In this document: positions 60,111 through 64,000 of the stretch, one piece after another | Layout: each line of letters starts with the position of its first letter | Numbering within the stretch: the stretch's first letter is position 1 | NCBI GenBank assembly: GCA_965603825.1 | Contig: CBFDEM010000033.1 | Location: 186,001 to 250,000 of the forward strand | DNA length: 64,000 bases | Direction of reading: 5' to 3' | DNA from: Blepharisma stoltei ATCC 30299 | Taxonomy: Eukaryota > Protista > Ciliophora | Program-made: the position numbers and the translations under genes | The notes under the pieces: generated by a model | Databases searched by the model: none | What the model saw: the letters and a program-made list of their open reading frames with translations, nothing else | What the model was told of the DNA's origin: nothing

Positions 60111-60888
60111 ATGAAGTTATGCTGATTTATTTTTATTTCATGCTTGACAGCTATTGCCAGCGGATCAAAAGATGACGAATCTTGCAATGAAGAATGTAAA
60201 TGTGATGCTCAGCTTGGAAATAATAAATGCGACCCAGAATGTGACACTTGCGGATGCGATTATGACCATGGTGACTGTCGTCATTTTTCTTCTCATGATG
60301 CAATGATCATTGGATTTACAATAGGCGGAGTAATATTTTTAGTGTAATTTTCATTTAGAGTGTGCTGCATTCTCATTATCAAATTTTATATATATAATTG
60401 AATTAATTTATCGTTTTTTGCACAATAATTAAAAACCTACATAATATTTTTTAATGCTTAAAAAACTTAGTTGTTAATTTAAAATGTATAAATTATTTTC
60501 CAAAAGAAATTCTAGAATAATGATGCAGTCAATGAGGAATACGAATCGCTCAATCATTATGGATACCTTAAATACATCAAATAGCTTTCTTGTTGACACT
60601 GCTTTGAATGAGGAGTTAGTAGAGAAAAATATATCAAAGCAATATTTGCCTTGCGAATTGAGCTTAAAGGAAAATTCGATTTGCACAATCTGTTTTGATT
60701 ACTTTAATGATAACAAACCTATTCGAAAAACTGCTTGCGGCCATATGTTTCATGCAGTATGTTTTGATTCATGGATCAACTATTCAAAAGAGTTAAGATG
60801 TCCTAATTGTAATAAAAAATTCAAATTTTATGCTATAGGGCATAAGATCCCACGAGTGCGTGAAATTCAGCATAACTCAGCAATTTAA
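60111..60888 (+). CDS. signal peptide-LNR(Notch)-TM-RING-H2 E3 ligase, interrupted by a 100-bp insert (220 aa if removed)
   Basis: TGA 60123. C...C....LGNNKCDPEC...GCDYDHGDC (LNR), TM helix, intron 60344-60358, insert 60387-60486, CTIC...CGHMFH..C..W...CPNC. Confidence 0.78.
60344..60358 (+). other. 15-nt intron GTAATTTTCATTTAG
   Basis: Removes an in-frame TAA within the TM helix. Same phase and position as the intron in the paralogue. Confidence 0.87.
60387..60486. other. candidate retained internally eliminated sequence (IES), 100 bp, TATA pointer
   Basis: 15% GC. TATA at 60387-60390 and 60487-60490. Excision leaving one copy fuses TM and RING parts in frame (IIKFYKLFSKRN). Confidence 0.7.
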
Positions 60889-61742
60889 ATATTTCAATGA
60901 AGACTAATTATCAATACTTCATTATTGAAGGAATTTGCAAGCTGTTAATAGCAGCCTGGAAATATTAATAATTTGATTCATAATAATTTCCATGTAAAAA
61001 TAATTTGATTGAATTTCCATTTTTCGATTTAATTTTTCAAGTATATTTCCATCATGGATTGAACAATCATTCAAATCAATATTAATGATTTACTATAAAT
61101 TTTCTTAATCTACAGCTGCCTTTAATATCTACTGTATCGCAAGTTTTATGAAATTGAACTATTATCTTATATGTTGAAATTTTCATATGAATATTCTATA
61201 GGCACTTAATTCTTATTGCAAATTTCACATTAGGCTAATTAAAGTTAATAATATTAATTATATTTAAAGTCACTCTAGATTGATAGAAAATAAGTAAAAT
61301 TACTGATTAATTGCTCTCTGAAATATTTATTTTTTTGCAAATAGTTAAGAGAGAATTTCATAGTTCTTATCTTTAATAGGCGAAAACTGTGACTAGGTCA
61401 ATTAAATTCTGTTGTTGATTGATATTATAGAGGAAGCTTTTTAAGAAACAAAACATTTAAACCGATTTTAATATAATGAGATGGCTGTTACAATTTTGTA
61501 TAAATTGGAATGCTTAAGATTAAAGTTAACTTTTAACTAATCTAGTGGAGGTCGAAACGAATAAACACTATGACGATCATGGAGTATACTATAAATATTC
61601 TAATAGTAATAAGATCTTTTAAGGAAATAAATCTATTAGTTGTATGTATAAATAGACTTTAAAGGTGGAAAGCCATTATAATATGCAACAATGGGCATGG
61701 CCTCCGATTCACTGGAATTATTACTGTTTTTCAATAATTAAT

Positions 61743-62331
61743 ATGAAGGTTCTCGAAATATTTCTTATATCAATGCTTGTGGTATTTTCAAATTTTGTCT
61801 CTGGTCATGATTGTTCTAACGGCAGAGGCGACTATGACGATAGAGATGAATGCACAGACGAGGATTCTCATATAACGAAGAAAACTGTTATTATTGTTGC
61901 TATTATTGGATCTTTTTTTGGCCTTATGTAAATTTTATTTTAGAGGAATTGGAGTATGCATATTTATAATCATAAGAGATCATAAGCGCGCAGCAAGGCA
62001 AGCAAGCAATCCTGAGTTATCTACAAATAGAAACCTTGCAGAATTAACAAACCTAAGAAATAACAGTTTAGAATGCGAAAATCATAAAAAAACAATAAAA
62101 ATTTGCCCAAAAATAATAAATAAGCATATCCCATCACGCTTGTTTAAGGCTGGAGAAAATTTAAGTGACATATTAGTATGCACAATCTGTCTGAGTAATA
62201 TTGAGGGTGGCCAGCTAATAAGAACTCTTTCGTGCAAAGATATTTTTCATGCAGCTTGTATAGATGAATGGCTAGTTGAGTCAAAAAAAAACAGATGCCC
62301 AAATTGCAATGCAGAAATAAATTTAAAATAG
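61743..62331 (+). CDS. signal peptide-TM-RING-H2-like protein, tandem paralogue of 60111..60888 (190 aa), one intron
   Basis: Removing intron 61928-61943 gives GSFFGLIGIGVCIFIIIRDHKR. CTIC...CKDIFH..C..W...CPNC. Ectodomain is a reduced LNR relic. Confidence 0.83.
61928..61943 (+). other. 16-nt intron GTAAATTTTATTTTAG
   Basis: Restores the frame between the 61665 and 61894 ORFs. Confidence 0.87.
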
Positions 62332-62621
62332 AAATTATTTTCTTGACTTTAAATAGACAAAATAAATTTGTGAATTTCACTTCATAGAAAGTGAATCAAA
62401 GTTTTATAAAAATTCAATATATTGAAATTATCCTTACAAAAGAAATATGTTACAAAAATTTTATGGCGTTACTTTTTCATCATAAAGCACCATATGATAG
62501 AAGACTTGTTAATTATTTGGGATTATTCTTATCGGAATTGAATTTCAATTTAGATTAAAAGTCTTATTCATTTTCCTAATTTTTCAATCAAATATAACAC
62601 AATATATTATTTCAACTTTCA

Positions 62622-63248
62622 TTAGCAACACCTCCTATTTTTTGGTTCTATCTGCGCAAGCGACTTTGTGATCCCTTCTTTTTCATCATCAATAATCCTA
62701 TCCTTCGTTTTTTCATAAATTCCTTCAATTAAAATCTCAAAGGCTTCACTTACCTTTGTCCCAATAAGTGCACTTGTTTCAATAAACAGTAGCCCTTCTT
62801 CATCAGCAAATTTCTTTGCGTGCTCACTTGACACTTCTCTCAAAGCTGGATTTTTGTATAGCAAATCAATTTTGTTCCCGACAAGAATAATCAAAATGCT
62901 AGGATCAGCTTTGTCTTTAAGCTCATTGAGCCATCGCGAAATACTGCAAAATGATTTAAAACTTGTAACATCATAGACTGCAAGAGCTCCAATTGCTCTT
63001 CTGTAGTGTGCTGATACTATTGCATGATATCGTTCTTGCCCTGCAGTATCTCATATTTGAGCTTTTATAGTGATACCAGATTTTAAGGTGAAAGCGCGTG
63101 TTGAGAATTCAACCCCGATTGTAGGGTTTGAGTTCTTAGGTTGAGTGTTCTTAAGATAACGGGACACTAAGTTGGTTTTTCCCACTGCTGTGTCACCTAC
63201 TAATACTATTTTGTAAATAAAATCGAATTCTTCATTTGGGATGGTCAT
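62622..63248 (-). CDS. Rab11-like small GTPase (208 aa)
   Basis: GDTAVGKT, TIGVEF, KAQI-W(TGA 63051)-DTAGQERY, GNKID, ETSA, terminal CC. Confidence 0.94.
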
Positions 63249-63431
63249 AATTGATAGATTAATGAAAATTATCAGATGCTTGAAAATAATGCATTTATAA
63301 ATGCTAAATTATTAATTAATTTTATAGGCTTAACTATAACATAATCAATTATTTATAAGCACCGTTAAGAGCCCTTTAGCAAAAAAAAATTAAGTTATTG
63401 TAAACTAATTTACTATTATGAAGCGTCCACT

Positions 63432-64000
63432 TTAATTTCTGAGAATATTTTGAAAAGTTGCAGGGTCAACTTCAACGTTCCCAATCATTTTCATCTTTTT
63501 TTTCCCTCTTTTTTGTTTATCCAGCAATTTATTTTTTCTCGTCTGATCTCCCCCATAAAGTTTAGCCAATACATCTTTTCTGAAAGGTCTTATTTTTTGA
63601 CTAGCTATTACCTTCCCATCAAATGAGGCCTGAATAGAAATATCAAACTGCTGCCCAGGGATATTTTCTTTCAGTTTCTCTACAAGGATCTTTGCTTTAT
63701 CATAAGCCTGGGAACGGTGCACTAGAAAAGTAAGTGCATCAATAGGGTCACTATTAATCATAGCTACGAGTTTACCTAAGTCTGCTTCTCTGTAGTCTTT
63801 ATGCTCGTAGTCCATAGTTGCCATTCCTTTAGTGATTGATTTCAAGCAGTCGTAAAAGTCGACTATAATTTCTGATAAAGGTAAAGAATATCTTAGCAAG
63901 ACATGTTTGGTGTCTATATTGACAATTTCGTCTTGTTTAGATCTGTGCTGAAGGCAAAAGGACATAACGTCGCCTAAATATTCATTTGGGATGACGATGG
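63432..64000 (-). CDS. GUF1: mitochondrial translation factor GUF1/LepA (EF4), 5' partial
   Basis: LPLSEIIVDFYD.LKS..KG, RKDVLAKLYGGDQTRK.KLL.KQK.GKKKMK.IGNV. Confidence 0.95.
   Translation of the reverse strand, partial: IVIPNEYLGDVMSFCLQHRSKQDEIVNIDTKHVLLRYSLPLSEIIVDFYDCLKSITKGMATMDYEHKDYREADLGKLVAMINSDPIDALTFLVHRSQAYDKAKILVEKLKENIPGQQFDISIQASFDGKVIASQKIRPFRKDVLAKLYGGDQTRKNKLLDKQKRGKKKMKMIGNVEVDPATFQNILRN

Noticed and set aside
60413-60470. Longer GT...AG intron as an explanation for the insert in the LNR-RING gene
   Set aside because: The donor is GTTT rather than GTAA, the length is atypical, and splicing leads straight to TAA.
393-62380. Numerous short antisense ORFs rich in S/F/L/I in the track
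   Set aside because: They lie opposite well-supported genes and reflect the complement of E/K-rich codons.
835-63248. Many genes appear to be pseudogenes broken by stops
   Set aside because: The breaks are almost all TGA at Trp positions, or TAA/TAG inside 15-16 nt GT-AG introns, including in essential genes such as RPA1.
1-64000. tRNA, rRNA, CRISPR arrays, transposase or RT genes
   Set aside because: None recognised by eye. Small ncRNAs in the spacers cannot be excluded without tRNAscan-SE or Infernal.

Overview
Gene-dense, AT-rich eukaryotic DNA, most likely a heterotrich ciliate macronuclear genome of the Blepharisma type. The identification is an inference from three things in the sequence. 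(1) More than 50 in-frame TGA codons occur, many at invariant Trp positions (Rab WDTAGQE, actin [10 protein letters not shown], kinase DIWSCG, Fip1, Myb, anoctamin), while every gene ends in TAA or TAG. (2) There are eleven 15-16 nt GTAA...AG introns, all with an A at position +10. (3) Intergenic gaps are as short as 16-37 bp. The supplied standard-code ORF track therefore fragments many genes and misses some (Fip1, VMA21, a small Cx9C protein). Re-reading with UGA=Trp plus tiny introns gives about 48 protein genes. These include RPA1, a USP47-like DUB, CDPK, PDK1, Pelota, PA2G4, LSM14, MFAP1, anoctamin, a membrane PDE, an actin-like protein, a TBC1D23-like protein, a Rab11-like GTPase, GUF1 and two Myb paralogues. 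The main unusual items are: a ~670-bp inverted duplication with reciprocal pseudogenisation (FYVE gene and VMA21); a 100-bp TA-bounded insert that looks like a retained IES and interrupts an LNR-TM-RING gene; a miniature ribophorin II; a kinase fused to a degenerate RBR module; a prokaryote-type eight-cysteine-cluster secreted protein; and two divergent start codons only 16 bp apart. No tRNA, rRNA, telomere array or transposase was recognised.
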